Virus record (IMG/VR): IMGVR_UViG_3300045988_157167
Location: 11,551-75,550 of that record
Strand: one strand, 5' to 3'
Source: a virus
DNA: 64,000 nucleotides
The translations under genes and the position numbers were made by a program. The notes under the pieces are model-generated. The model was not told where the DNA came from and searched no databases. It saw only the letters and a list, made by a program, of their open reading frames with translations. This document shows, piece after piece, positions 38,554 through 48,542 of this stretch (position 1 is the first letter of the stretch; every line of letters begins with the position of its first letter).

Positions 38554-39023
38554 TTTTCTTCCCCTTTCAATGCATCTTGGCCAAATAAGGCTACTGCCAT
38601 TTTTTCGATTATTTTCTTTTTAATGTAATGTACATTTGCTATTGTACAATCAAACTCCTCGGCAATATCTTTAAGAGTTTTTTCTTCAAAGTAAATATAT
38701 TTAAATATCTTTCTTTGTTTTTCACTCATGCTTTTAAACACTTCTGATATCACCTTTCTGTTTTTTTTATGTTCAAATATATCTCCCTCAACTTTTGCAA
38801 TTAAATCATCTATTCTTATAACTTCATTTTCTATAGGTCTATTAATTGCATGAGTTGGAGAAGATTTAACCATATCATTACAAACTGCCTTTATCGCCCC
38901 CCTATCTCCGTCCTTTATCTTTTTTATATGTTCTTCCTTTTGCTGTATATAGATAGTTATAAATTTCATGTTTTTTAAAATCATTTCTGTTTCTTCCATA
39001 ACATCTTTATTCAAACATTCCAC
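38550..39023 (-). CDS. Sigma-70 region-4-containing, sigma-factor-like protein
   Basis: SEKQRKIFKYIYFEEKTLKDIAEEFDCTIANVHYIKKKIIEKM. Confidence 0.6.
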   Translation of the reverse strand: MECLNKDVMEETEMILKNMKFITIYIQQKEEHIKKIKDGDRGAIKAVCNDMVKSSPTHAINRPIENEVIRIDDLIAKVEGDIFEHKKNRKVISEVFKSMSEKQRKIFKYIYFEEKTLKDIAEEFDCTIANVHYIKKKIIEKMAVALFGQDALKGEEK

Positions 39024-39066
39024 CTCATTATTTTTATTTTGTAGATAAAATAATTTTCTTGAATGT

Positions 39067-39471
39067 TTATATCATTTTCTTGAACTCCCAACCTCTTTCG
39101 ATTAACTTTGCCATATGTTTTATTCGACCTTCTTCTAAGAGATTGATTAATCCTATTTTGTCTAAAAGACCTAAAGATGCTTGAATCATATCAAAGAATT
39201 CTTCGATTATATGTTCTTTTTCTTCATTTGTTCCACTTTCTGCTTCGAATTTTGCTACCGCTCCAATAAATTCAGCTTGTTCTTCTGTTACTTTCATCAT
39301 TTGTTCTATAGTAGAAAGATGATTTTCAGCTAGAAGAGGCATTATATATTTGTTGTATTCTATTTTTTTGTACTCTTCTTTATAACACTCATCGCATATT
39401 CCAAAGAAGTCTCCAACAGTTTGAGGATCTTCATATTCTCTATTGCATTCTTTGCACTTCTTCATAATCAA
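39067..39471 (-). CDS. MazG-like protein with N-terminal zinc ribbon
   Basis: CKECN..CDEC, then EEQAEFIGAV ... EEFFDMIQASLGLL. Confidence 0.6.
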   Translation of the reverse strand: MIMKKCKECNREYEDPQTVGDFFGICDECYKEEYKKIEYNKYIMPLLAENHLSTIEQMMKVTEEQAEFIGAVAKFEAESGTNEEKEHIIEEFFDMIQASLGLLDKIGLINLLEEGRIKHMAKLIERGWEFKKMI

Positions 39472-39715
39472 CCTCCCAGTCTAAAAAGTAATTTAAACAA
39501 TCTTTGCAACTTTTAAATTTTGTACAATTTTTTATATAAAAATCACTTTTACATAAGTCTATTTGTATTAAATCAGTTATAACATCACAAGAGCTTTTTA
39601 AGTTTTCAACTAAATATTTAAATACCTGGTCTTTATCACTCTCTATTCTGCCTTTACTCATAAGAGCTACGTATTGAAAAACTTTCACTTTATCACCATC
39701 CTCTAACTCCAGCAT
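39440..39715 (-). CDS. Hypothetical protein
   Basis: ORF track. Confidence 0.5.
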   Translation of the reverse strand: MLELEDGDKVKVFQYVALMSKGRIESDKDQVFKYLVENLKSSCDVITDLIQIDLCKSDFYIKNCTKFKSCKDCLNYFLDWEVDYEEVQRMQ

Positions 39716-40082
39716 ATTGAACTTCTTTCGTCTTTAACTCTTTTAAATATGCATCTAGCTCATTTGGATTAAGTTTATAAACTTTAATTGTATTTCCATT
39801 AGTTTTTTCTAATTTTTGTACTTTTGGTACAAATGCATTTTTAATATTTTTACTTGTTCTTAAGCATCCACAACTTTTTACTTTCTTTTTTAGTAAACTG
39901 GATCTAACTACTAATTTTTCATTTCCACACTCACATTTACATAAGTAATAATCGTATTTTATTTTTCCTGTATTTCTTTTTCCAGCATACTCTACAACTG
40001 TAAGCTTTCCTATTTTCTTTCCTACTAAATCTTGTTTGTCAACTTTTCCAAAAGGTCTTCCCATTATATTAACCCCCTTCAA
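39693..40082 (-). CDS. Hypothetical zinc-ribbon protein
   Basis: CKCECGNEK ... CGC. Confidence 0.5.
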   Translation of the reverse strand: MKGVNIMGRPFGKVDKQDLVGKKIGKLTVVEYAGKRNTGKIKYDYYLCKCECGNEKLVVRSSLLKKKVKSCGCLRTSKNIKNAFVPKVQKLEKTNGNTIKVYKLNPNELDAYLKELKTKEVQYAGVRGW

Positions 40083-40089
40083 GATTTTA

Positions 40090-40239
40090 CTATTTTTTAT
40101 TTTCTATTTTCTTTATATATTTTTTTACAAAGGAAATAGGTCTGTTTATGTTGTAAGCTATTTCTAATGCACTATAACCTTTTTTATACAATCTTTTTAA
40201 CTTTCTTATTTCTAAATCAGTTGCTATTTTGCCTCCCAT
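40090..40239 (-). CDS. Small HTH protein (49 aa)
   Basis: Read by eye: MGGKIATDLEIRKLKRLYKKGYSALEIAYNINRPISFVKKYIKKIENKK. RBS aggtga. Confidence 0.45.
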   Translation of the reverse strand: MGGKIATDLEIRKLKRLYKKGYSALEIAYNINRPISFVKKYIKKIENKK

Positions 40240-40295
40240 ATTCATCACCTTTTCATAGCCCCAGGAGGTTTTACGCCTCCTAGGATATTTATTAG

Positions 40296-40463
40296 TTAAT
40301 TTTCTTCTTTTAAAGGTATAATTCTTATTTCTTTTAAAATTGAATCATACTCTACTGTCAGAAAAGTTTCTCTATTTATGTGTAACAATCTTCTTAATTC
40401 TGCAGGTATAGATACTCTTCCTAATTTATCTATCTTTCTTATATTTCCTACTCTTTCTTTCAT
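40296..40463 (-). CDS. AbrB/SpoVT-family small protein (55 aa)
   Basis: Read by eye: MKERVGNIRKIDKLGRVSIPAELRRLLHINRETFLTVEYDSILKEIRIIPLKEEN. Confidence 0.6.
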   Translation of the reverse strand: MKERVGNIRKIDKLGRVSIPAELRRLLHINRETFLTVEYDSILKEIRIIPLKEEN

Positions 40464-40465
40464 AG

Positions 40466-40768
40466 TTACTCCTTGTCTTTTAATAACTCTGCAAGCTTTT
40501 CTATTGCACCTTTTAAAGCTTCTTCTATGTTTGTTTCTTCTGTTTCAGTATGTGATTTGATTTTTATATCTTTACTTCTTAGTTGTATTATTTTTTCTAT
40601 TGATGTAGTTAAGATGTTTAATAATTTTGTTTCACTTATATCACATTCATCTGCCATTCCTTTTAGAGCTCCATAGTTTAAATATGCTAGTTCAGTCAAC
40701 ATTTCTGCTCTGTCTTCACCTTTTATGTTTACCTCTACTTTTCCATTATTTACGATTGCTTTTATCAT
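40466..40768 (-). CDS. Hypothetical protein
   Basis: ORF track. Confidence 0.55.
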   Translation of the reverse strand: MIKAIVNNGKVEVNIKGEDRAEMLTELAYLNYGALKGMADECDISETKLLNILTTSIEKIIQLRSKDIKIKSHTETEETNIEEALKGAIEKLAELLKDKE

Positions 40769-40778
40769 CTTTTACCCC

Positions 40779-41492
40779 CTAAAATATAATTTCTGTGCTT
40801 TTTTCTGCTATTAAAACAGGTATTCCAGTAGCTTCTTCTACCTTTTCTTTCATTATTTGACTATCTCCGTGTTTGTCACTTAAATGTAATAACATCAAAT
40901 TTCTTGTCTTACTTAAATCACTAGCTTTTAGAAAGTCAATTACATTTTCAAGTTCAAAATGTGATTCTTTTATACGAACGCTTAAACTTGTTTCTATGCA
41001 ATATTCTTCTAAATTTTCTTTGATATAGTTACATTCAACCAAGATACTATTTACATTCTTGAAGTTGTATTCACAGTAGCAAGTATCAGTTATAAATAAC
41101 AAAGTTCCTATGTCCTGATGTTTTATAAGAAATCCTAAAGGTTCTTCTGCATCATGAATAACATCAAACGGTAAAATAGTAAAATTTCCTATTTGTTGCC
41201 TTTTGTTAGCTTTTACTATTTTAGTCCTATAGTTTTTTATGTTTAACTTTTCAAAAGTCCCCTTAGCTGAATATACATCTATTCCATTTTCTGTTAAGTC
41301 TTTAATTGATTTAGAGTGATCTTTATGTTCATGAGTAACTAAACATCCAACAACTTTGTCAATTTTGTAATTAAGACCTTTTAAAATTTCTTTATATTTG
41401 ATACCTGCTTCAATTATTAGAGTTTCATCAGGAGTAATAAGTAAATAGCAATTACCCCTGCTCCCACTTGCTAAAACTTTTAAAACGGACAA
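40779..41492 (-). CDS. Metallo-beta-lactamase-fold hydrolase
   Basis: THEHKDH motif. Confidence 0.7.
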   Translation of the reverse strand: MSVLKVLASGSRGNCYLLITPDETLIIEAGIKYKEILKGLNYKIDKVVGCLVTHEHKDHSKSIKDLTENGIDVYSAKGTFEKLNIKNYRTKIVKANKRQQIGNFTILPFDVIHDAEEPLGFLIKHQDIGTLLFITDTCYCEYNFKNVNSILVECNYIKENLEEYCIETSLSVRIKESHFELENVIDFLKASDLSKTRNLMLLHLSDKHGDSQIMKEKVEEATGIPVLIAEKSTEIIF

Positions 41493-42391
41493 TCTTCTTC
41501 CTCTTGAGTTTCTTCTACAACTTCAGCATCTATTTTCGTATCTTCATCAATTATTTCTGCTTCCATTTGCTCTACTTCATCTATATCTATTGTTTTTTTA
41601 TTAGCTTTTTCTGTTATTTCACTTTCAAAAGCTTCATTTTGGAATGTCACAACATCTTCATCATCTGAATAAGGGCTTCTATTAAATGCACTTGCAAATA
41701 ACTCACTATCATCTGATGTATTTATATATAATTTACAAGCTCTATTTATAACAGTTCTTTTAGCCATTTGATCTGGGAAATTTATATGTGAAGGACTTTT
41801 ACCTTTTGTTGGTCCTTGCGCCCATGATGTTTTTATTTGTGGCATACTCATATATTCCGTATGTAAAACCCCTTCTTCTCCTATAACAACAGCAAATGCT
41901 CCTATTATCTTTGAGTTATCTATATTTTTTAAATCAGGTTTATAATCTATTACATTTATATTTCCATTTTTATACTCAAACTCAACTTCATCACCTTCAT
42001 AGATACAATAAGCTTTCACATCTTTTATATATTTACTTCTTTTCGCTGCAGCTATAGTTCCCATATAGCTTTTAGTTAGTTGGAGTTTATTTCCATGTGG
42101 AATAAAGTAACATTGCTTTTTCGAAGGACTTAATCCTTGAATAATCATATCTAAAAGAGAATTTGCTATACTTACTTTTGTACAAGTTTCTAATACACAT
42201 CTTTTATTTTTATCTTTTGTTTCTTGTAAGATTAGATAAGCTGATTTTAAAGCGTTTTGTGCTGCATAATTCTCTGGTATTACTAATTCTTTACTTGCTT
42301 GTAACTCTCTTACCCTTTCTAAAACTTCGTCTGTAACAGTTTTAGGTTTTTCTGCAATATTTTGAGATTGTTTAATTATTTGATTTTTCAA
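41480..42391 (-). CDS. recT: RecT-family single-strand annealing protein (TTG start)
   Basis: Size, acidic C-terminal tail, and context with SSB, MBL and AAA ATPase. Confidence 0.65.
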   Translation of the reverse strand: MKNQIIKQSQNIAEKPKTVTDEVLERVRELQASKELVIPENYAAQNALKSAYLILQETKDKNKRCVLETCTKVSIANSLLDMIIQGLSPSKKQCYFIPHGNKLQLTKSYMGTIAAAKRSKYIKDVKAYCIYEGDEVEFEYKNGNINVIDYKPDLKNIDNSKIIGAFAVVIGEEGVLHTEYMSMPQIKTSWAQGPTKGKSPSHINFPDQMAKRTVINRACKLYINTSDDSELFASAFNRSPYSDDEDVVTFQNEAFESEITEKANKKTIDIDEVEQMEAEIIDEDTKIDAEVVEETQEEEDCPF

Positions 42392-42450
42392 TACTCGTCA
42401 CTCTCCTAACTTTTTAGTGTTTAATTATGTTTAATTATAGACAAATGTGT

Positions 42451-43698
42451 TTATATCACACTATCTAACCAATAAATTTTATTATATTTCCAAAGTAATC
42501 TACATTTTCTTACATTGACTTTTTTGCAATGTTTTGTAGGACTTTGAAAATTTAATGCGTTCAAATGTGGATATAATGCTGTAACATATCCTTTATGAGT
42601 TTCTCCATTTCTGTAAGTATATTCAACCAAATCTCTATGTTTAATTCCTAATACATTATCTGTTTTTGCTTTTGATTTTCTACGCATCGGTTTAATCATC
42701 CATTCTTTTATATTGCAAGTATCTGGAAAACAATTTGTTATACAAATAGCATCGTTTGAATGAGATTTTTCTATATTCCATTCAATTCTTTTATTTGCAG
42801 TATCTCCACCTGTTGTAAGATGTAATATTCCTAATTGTTTAATATTTTCTCTAAGATAATTTTTACCTTGCATGACATGCATTGCATAATCAAATCTTTT
42901 TGGCTTACTTTTTATTTTGGTGAAATATCTCTCTTCAAATTCTCGTTCTTTCCCTTCTGTCTTTTGATGACAAGAAGAACAAAGAGTAATGAGATTCCCA
43001 ATAGTATTTGCTCCACCAAATCTCTTTGCTCGAATATGATGAACCTCAAGTACAGTATTTGTTTTTCCACATTCTTGACATTTACAACTATCTCTTAATA
43101 TTGTCGCTTTTCTAAGATTTTCATCTAATCTATTATTCTTCTGATATTGCCAATTATAAGGTTTATATCCATCGGCCATTGCTCTTATATCTATTGCTAC
43201 ATCTTCAAGATAATATTCTTTAATATTTATCCATTTATTTAATTGATATAAAACTCTAAGAATAGAATCTTTCTTTTGTTTAATACTTGGCGCTAATCTA
43301 TTAGTTTTTTTTGAAGATGCTCTATTATTGAATCTAGGTTTACGATATCTTTTATGATATCTACGGTATTGTCTATATCCTCTACGAACATCCATTAAGT
43401 GTTTTACATCTTGTCTTTGTTCAATAGTTCCTTTAAATACAACTTTATTTTTACTTGGACATTTTTGAACAATTGCTATTCCAACATGAGAACTACCATC
43501 GTCAATTCCACAAACCATATGACTTTCATCTTCGTCATCAGGTTCAACTTCTTTTTCTAACTGAATTACCATAGGATATTTACTTTTTAATTTTGCTCGA
43601 CCTTTTCTAATCAAATACCAACCTTTATTTACTTTAGTTGGAGCTAAAGGTCTATTGTTTTTATCTACAACAAAACAATATTCAATTTTATTTTCCAT
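42451..43698 (-). CDS. iscB: IscB RNA-guided nuclease (copy 1)
   Basis: PLMP-type N-terminus ([26 protein letters not shown]), Ruv[16 protein letters not shown], an Arg-rich bridge helix, Ruv[28 protein letters not shown], and Ruv[13 protein letters not shown]. Confidence 0.85.
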   Translation of the reverse strand: MENKIEYCFVVDKNNRPLAPTKVNKGWYLIRKGRAKLKSKYPMVIQLEKEVEPDDEDESHMVCGIDDGSSHVGIAIVQKCPSKNKVVFKGTIEQRQDVKHLMDVRRGYRQYRRYHKRYRKPRFNNRASSKKTNRLAPSIKQKKDSILRVLYQLNKWINIKEYYLEDVAIDIRAMADGYKPYNWQYQKNNRLDENLRKATILRDSCKCQECGKTNTVLEVHHIRAKRFGGANTIGNLITLCSSCHQKTEGKEREFEERYFTKIKSKPKRFDYAMHVMQGKNYLRENIKQLGILHLTTGGDTANKRIEWNIEKSHSNDAICITNCFPDTCNIKEWMIKPMRRKSKAKTDNVLGIKHRDLVEYTYRNGETHKGYVTALYPHLNALNFQSPTKHCKKVNVRKCRLLWKYNKIYWLDSVI

Positions 43699-43973
43699 CT
43701 CTGGACACCTTCCTTTCGGAGAATTTTTCGTCTTGGGAATGTCAAGTAGAGGATATGTGTTTCCCTGTTATCAATACAGGACATTAGCATTGTTTCTTGG
43801 TTAGCACTCACAGAGTTTCAGACTGACGATTACATCTAAAAGTGTGTGTTTACCTTACTACTCAACATAGTTCATATCTGCAATATATGTTTCCATAAAA
43901 GCAGTCACTAACCCTTGAAACCTCTTGTTAAGCCATATACAAAAGACTAATGTGTCCACTTTTCTATATGTTT
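43699..43973 (-). ncRNA. Omega-RNA (HEARO-type) candidate for IscB copy 1
   Basis: ~275 nt ORF-free, G+C-enriched block abutting the iscB start. Contains stems such as cctgt-attgata-acagg. A 9-bp hairpin at 43974-43999 sits at its 5' edge. Confidence 0.65.
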
Positions 43974-43997
43974 GACTATATATTTCTATGTATATAG

Positions 43998-44240
43998 TCA
44001 CTTAACAATTAGTCCTGTTGCTAGTAACAATATGCGTTTAACTTTTTCTTTCCTTTGTTCTTCTGTCAGATAGTTATTTTTCTTAGTCAATCTATCTTGT
44101 TTATGTCTCTTAGCTTTTTCAAAATTAACCTTTCCTCTAACTGAAGATAATGTTCGCCCTAAATATTTTGCTATTTCTTCATCTGATATTAATTTATAAT
44201 TTTCTTCTAAAAACTTTTCTTCTTCTATGCTCCATTTCAT
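43998..44240 (-). CDS. SANT/Myb-like HTH small protein
   Basis: KWSIEEEKFLEENYKLISDEEIAKYLGRTLSSVRGK. Confidence 0.5.
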   Translation of the reverse strand: MKWSIEEEKFLEENYKLISDEEIAKYLGRTLSSVRGKVNFEKAKRHKQDRLTKKNNYLTEEQRKEKVKRILLLATGLIVK

Positions 44241-44248
44241 TTTTACAC

Positions 44249-46198
44249 CTATTCATTTATTTTTATTTCTTTATCCTCTGTGACTACCAACTTAATCAAT
44301 TGACCTTTAGTATCTGCTATTTTATTTACACATTCACTATTATCAATGAATATAGGTGCGACTAATTCGAAATACTCGGATAAAGTGTTTATTATATCTA
44401 TACCAGCATTTATTTGACCTGCAGTATTTGCATTAGAAAATGGTACTCCATTTATAGTTGCCTCACAGGTTTCTGCAATAGCTCCGTTAACTTGAGTAGA
44501 GAATAATTTAAAGCTTACGTTCTTAAAATGCTTATTTATATTTTTTTCTAAAAGTTCTACTCTCTTAGTAATAAACTTTTCATATAGCATTATAAGACCT
44601 TCTTGTCTTGCTATTTCTACTCCGATTTGTTTTTCCTCTGCTTTTAGATCTTCTATTCTTTGATTTACTTTCTTGTTATTTTTAACTGCTCCTAATTGAC
44701 TATATAACCCTTTTAGTTGTGTATTAATTTCTCCTTTTTCAATTAAAAGTCCTGATTTATCTGGATATGTATCATCTTCTTGTAAACTTTCTAAAAGCTT
44801 GTTGTTTTCTCTTTTAAGTTTTAATATTTTTTCTTTCGTTGCATCACTAGGCGTATAAGAAATACCTCCTATTTGGCTTTCTAGCTGATTTATTTTTTCT
44901 TTCTTGATGTTTATATTATTTTCTATCTCAGAAAGCTTTAAAGTATAATTTTCGATATCTTCTTGAATATCTTCTTGTTCTTTAACTTTTATTTTGCCTT
45001 TTTCTATTACTTCTTCTTTTCTTCTAGCTTTATCAAGATTGAAGTTTTTCTCTAATTCTGCTTGTTTTTCTTCTATGTCTGATTCATCAAAAGGTCGTTT
45101 ACAAGTAGGGCACTCTGTTTTTATACTACTAAAATCAACTTTCTCAGCTTGAATTCCACTAAATTCTTCTCTTAATTTAGCAGCTTCATTTTTTAGCATT
45201 TCAAACTTTCTAGTTAATCCATCTATTTTATATTCACATTCATTTTTCTTTTGTTGTTGTGAATATAAATCTTTTTCTTCTTTTCTTCTTTCTTCTTCTA
45301 ATATTCTTACTTTATTGTCATAATCTTTTCTGTCAGCTTGTCTTTCTTCTTCGATTAAGTTTTCATTTTCACTTATTTTTTTCATTACTTCATTTCTTTT
45401 AGCTAATAATTCTTTACTACTATTAGCTATATCGCTTATTTTATTGTCTATATCTTTTAACTTACTTTCTTTAAATGCTATTTCTTTTTCAACTTCTTTT
45501 ACATCTAAATCAACTACTGTTTCCATTAATTCCTCGATTTTGTAAGGAATTGACTTTTTATTTTCTCTTAGTTTTTTAATGCTACCTTTTTTACTGTCTA
45601 TTAGCTTTGATACATCTTCTTTTTCTAGATCTTGTTTTACTAAATTTAAATCTTTATCAGTTTTTACAACATCATCTACTGATATATTCCCTCCAGCAAC
45701 TTCTAAGATGACTTTTCTTTGTTCTTTCCAACCAAGAGAAGGAAAATGGAAAGGGTTAGTTAATAATTTAAATGTTTCTTCGTCTGCTATTTCATTTATT
45801 TGCTTGTTATAATCTGATTTTTTAACTGGAATATCATCAATTTCATATTTTGTTGTATTCCCATCAAATACTTTTTCGCTTTCTCCTCTTCTAGAGGTCC
45901 ATTTTTCTTTATATTCTTTTGATAGTTTTACTTCTAATCCATCTACTTCTAAGATGCCTGTTACATGAGGATTTAAACCTCTTATATATTCGTTATTTTC
46001 ATCTAAAGGTTTTAACTCAAATTTGCTATCTCCTTTACTGTTTTTATCGAATAATAACCATGTAAAAGCATCAAATATACTTGATTTTCCAGTTGCATTT
46101 TGGCCTGATATTGTTGTGATGTCTTTGAAATTTATGTCTAATTTTGATATGCCTTTAAAATTGCTTATTGATAGTTGTTTTAATTTTATCTCTTTCAT
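44249..46198 (-). CDS. AAA ATPase, SMC/Rad50/SbcC-like
   Basis: N-terminal GQNATGKSS Walker A, a long coiled coil with a CPTC hook-like motif, and a C-terminal ABC signature region. Confidence 0.7.
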   Translation of the reverse strand: MKEIKLKQLSISNFKGISKLDINFKDITTISGQNATGKSSIFDAFTWLLFDKNSKGDSKFELKPLDENNEYIRGLNPHVTGILEVDGLEVKLSKEYKEKWTSRRGESEKVFDGNTTKYEIDDIPVKKSDYNKQINEIADEETFKLLTNPFHFPSLGWKEQRKVILEVAGGNISVDDVVKTDKDLNLVKQDLEKEDVSKLIDSKKGSIKKLRENKKSIPYKIEELMETVVDLDVKEVEKEIAFKESKLKDIDNKISDIANSSKELLAKRNEVMKKISENENLIEEERQADRKDYDNKVRILEEERRKEEKDLYSQQQKKNECEYKIDGLTRKFEMLKNEAAKLREEFSGIQAEKVDFSSIKTECPTCKRPFDESDIEEKQAELEKNFNLDKARRKEEVIEKGKIKVKEQEDIQEDIENYTLKLSEIENNINIKKEKINQLESQIGGISYTPSDATKEKILKLKRENNKLLESLQEDDTYPDKSGLLIEKGEINTQLKGLYSQLGAVKNNKKVNQRIEDLKAEEKQIGVEIARQEGLIMLYEKFITKRVELLEKNINKHFKNVSFKLFSTQVNGAIAETCEATINGVPFSNANTAGQINAGIDIINTLSEYFELVAPIFIDNSECVNKIADTKGQLIKLVVTEDKEIKINE

Positions 46199-46207
46199 TT
46201 TCTCCCC

Positions 46208-46363
46208 CTATTTAAAAAACTCTAATGGTGATACATTTAAAGCTTTCGAAAGTCCTTTTAGCACTACTAGAGTAGGATTTGTTATAACCCCATTCTCTAG
46301 TTTTGCTATATAGCTTTCTGTAACACCAACTGCGTTTGCTAATTCTGTTCGGCTTTTTTTCAT
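46208..46363 (-). CDS. XRE-family HTH protein (51 aa)
   Basis: Read by eye: MKKSRTELANAVGVTESYIAKLENGVITNPTLVVLKGLSKALNVSPLEFFK. Confidence 0.6.
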   Translation of the reverse strand: MKKSRTELANAVGVTESYIAKLENGVITNPTLVVLKGLSKALNVSPLEFFK

Positions 46364-46610
46364 ATTTAGCCTTTTACTCCTAACATAACCCCCCTATGTT
46401 CATTTGATTACCCCCTTATAAGTTTCTATAAATTCTAAAATTGTAAGTGTCGGATACTTTTCTGCTATTTTTTTTAAGGTTTCTATTTTGCAAATCAATT
46501 TAATCATCTCCTTCTGCATTAGCACACCACCATGCTCCAACCACAAAACCTATACAGAAAATTAAACTTATTTCTAAAAATTTAATTATCATTTATACTC
46601 CCCATTTAAA

Positions 46611-47021
46611 TTAAAAAGGTATGTCATCATCATCTATAGCTTGAAATCCATTTGGATCTAACCCTGGATTTGTTATATTATTTGTTCCTTGTTGATTATC
46701 TTTCGGATAATCTAATGCTTGTACACTTCTACCACTAACCTTAGTAAAAGTTCTATTTTCTCCATCTTGAGTTTGATATCTATCAACTCTAAGATTTCCT
46801 TGAATAGCAACTAATCTACCTTTTGTTATATAATTAGCACAAAATTCAGCTGCTTTCCCTATAACTTCTATTGGTATAAAGTCTGTTTCTTTTGTCCCAT
46901 CTTTTTTCTTATAGTCTCTGTCTATTGCCATCGTAAAAGTAGCAACAGGTGTTCCAGAATTAGGTATGTATCTTAACTCTGGGTCTTTTGTTAATCGTCC
47001 TACTAAAACTACATTATTCAT
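46611..47021 (-). CDS. ssb: Single-stranded DNA-binding protein
   Basis: MNNVVLVGRLTKDPELRY OB-fold N-terminus and a DDDIPF tail. Confidence 0.9.
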   Translation of the reverse strand: MNNVVLVGRLTKDPELRYIPNSGTPVATFTMAIDRDYKKKDGTKETDFIPIEVIGKAAEFCANYITKGRLVAIQGNLRVDRYQTQDGENRTFTKVSGRSVQALDYPKDNQQGTNNITNPGLDPNGFQAIDDDDIPF

Positions 47022-47613
47022 CTTTACCTTTCCTTTCACTAACTTTCATTATTAATTTAGCTATATTTGAACCCGTTTTCGTCAATTCTTTATCATGAAA
47101 AATTAATTTTTCATGGTTCATTCTTAGTAATTGACTTTTATTAATTAATATTAAATTATCTTTTTCTAAGTTCAATTTGTTTTGATCAGCAAATATAACT
47201 ACATCATCTTGTGTTAATTTGATATTATGATATTTTTCATATAGAATCCTATGCTTCAACTTCCACACATTAGGTTCTTTTACTTTCATTAGAATATATC
47301 CATTACTATCAATTCTTTCACTACCAATTTCTTTTTTATTCCAAGGTTTACAACCTTTTTGAAAAGAAGTTTTATTTGGACCAGTAAGTCCTTTAGTTCC
47401 TTTATTCCACGTTTTATGTCCCTTTTGAAACTGGCCATCAAACTCTGTGTTATATCCATATCTTTTAATTGCACTTGTTATTTGACTTAGTTTGAATTTA
47501 TACTCAAATTTTTCGTTCATTAAGTCTAATATTTCCTTACGATGTTTCCCTGGAGTAATTTCTCCAAGATACTTTTTTTCTTCTTCACTCCATTTATGTG
47601 GTTTTTCGCTCAT
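47014..47613 (-). CDS. HNH homing endonuclease (HNH_3-like with Myb-like N-terminus)
   Basis: SNGYILMKV...WKLKHRILYEKY...ADQNKLNLEKDNLILI. Confidence 0.65.
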   Translation of the reverse strand: MSEKPHKWSEEEKKYLGEITPGKHRKEILDLMNEKFEYKFKLSQITSAIKRYGYNTEFDGQFQKGHKTWNKGTKGLTGPNKTSFQKGCKPWNKKEIGSERIDSNGYILMKVKEPNVWKLKHRILYEKYHNIKLTQDDVVIFADQNKLNLEKDNLILINKSQLLRMNHEKLIFHDKELTKTGSNIAKLIMKVSERKGKDE

Positions 47614-47855
47614 TATTCACCACCTTCTAGCATTTTAGGCATTTCTTTTTCATTGTTTTTACCATATTCTAATTCTATGGATTTTGCTTTTAATACAACA
47701 TTTGCATTGGCAATAATTTGTTTTGAAACTCCTATAACTGCTTTACTTCTTATAATTTCATCTTCTAATTTTTCTCCTGTTATCTCTTCGTCATTTAAAC
47801 GTTCTAATTGAGCGAATAAATGATTGTTTAGATCACCCAAAGTATTCCTAGGCAC
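47613..47855 (-). CDS. Hypothetical protein
   Basis: ORF track. Confidence 0.5.
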   Translation of the reverse strand: MPRNTLGDLNNHLFAQLERLNDEEITGEKLEDEIIRSKAVIGVSKQIIANANVVLKAKSIELEYGKNNEKEMPKMLEGGE

Positions 47856-47858
47856 TTT

Positions 47859-48542
47859 TTAAACCCCCTTAGTTATTCTCATATTCGGTACATTTTTAAA
47901 CTCGATTATATTTTCTCTACACATTTCTATGATTCTACTAGTTATAGCAGCATCATAATTCATCAATTCATCTAGTGATTTTTCTGTACTTACTATAATC
48001 GGTTTTTCTGTCATGTAACGATAATTTATTATTTCATAGATATACTTTCTATCAGCTTCGCTTGTTTGACCTTTGAGTAAATCATCAACGAATAGCACAG
48101 TGCAATTCTTATACTGGTCTATTTCTTTGTTGTAATTAATTGGATCCATACAACATTGTTTTAGTTTCATAATTAAGCTAACATATTCAGCATATCTACA
48201 TCCTACATTTTGATTTACGAGTTGCATCATCATTGCAATTCCTAAATGGGTTTTTCCCGTTCCTGGTTTTCCAGTTAATAAGAAACTACCCTTTTCCTCT
48301 TTAAACTTCTTACAGTAGCTCATGGCTCGTAATTTTGCCTGTTTCTGATGCTCTGTATCTGTTTTGAAGTTTAAAAAAGTTTTCTTTTTAAAAGAATCCG
48401 TTAGGCCACATCTTTCTAACTTTTCTTTTATGTGTCTTTTCTTGATACATTCACAAGGAACGGCTTGAGTATAGCCTTCTTTATCTTCTTGTAAAGTGTA
48501 TCCTAAATCTCTACACTTCTCACATTGATATTCTATAGCCAT
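47859..48542 (-). CDS. DnaC/IstB-like helicase-loader ATPase
   Basis: LTGKPGTGKTHL Walker A and an FVDDL Walker B. Confidence 0.8.
   Translation of the reverse strand: MAIEYQCEKCRDLGYTLQEDKEGYTQAVPCECIKKRHIKEKLERCGLTDSFKKKTFLNFKTDTEHQKQAKLRAMSYCKKFKEEKGSFLLTGKPGTGKTHLGIAMMMQLVNQNVGCRYAEYVSLIMKLKQCCMDPINYNKEIDQYKNCTVLFVDDLLKGQTSEADRKYIYEIINYRYMTEKPIIVSTEKSLDELMNYDAAITSRIIEMCRENIIEFKNVPNMRITKGV

Noticed and set aside
42392-42450. A right-end hairpin for IscB copy 1 analogous to that of copy 2.
   Set aside because: Only an AT-rich direct repeat (gtttaattat twice) is present and there is no stable hairpin. I therefore do not claim that copy 1 is an intact transposable unit.
46390-46610. Two very small minus-strand ORFs: a 30-aa hydrophobic MIIKFLEISLIFCIGFVVGAWWCANAEGDD and a 35-aa MIKLICKIETLKK...
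   Set aside because: They may be real, but they are too short and lack supporting signals for me to call with confidence. I left them unannotated.
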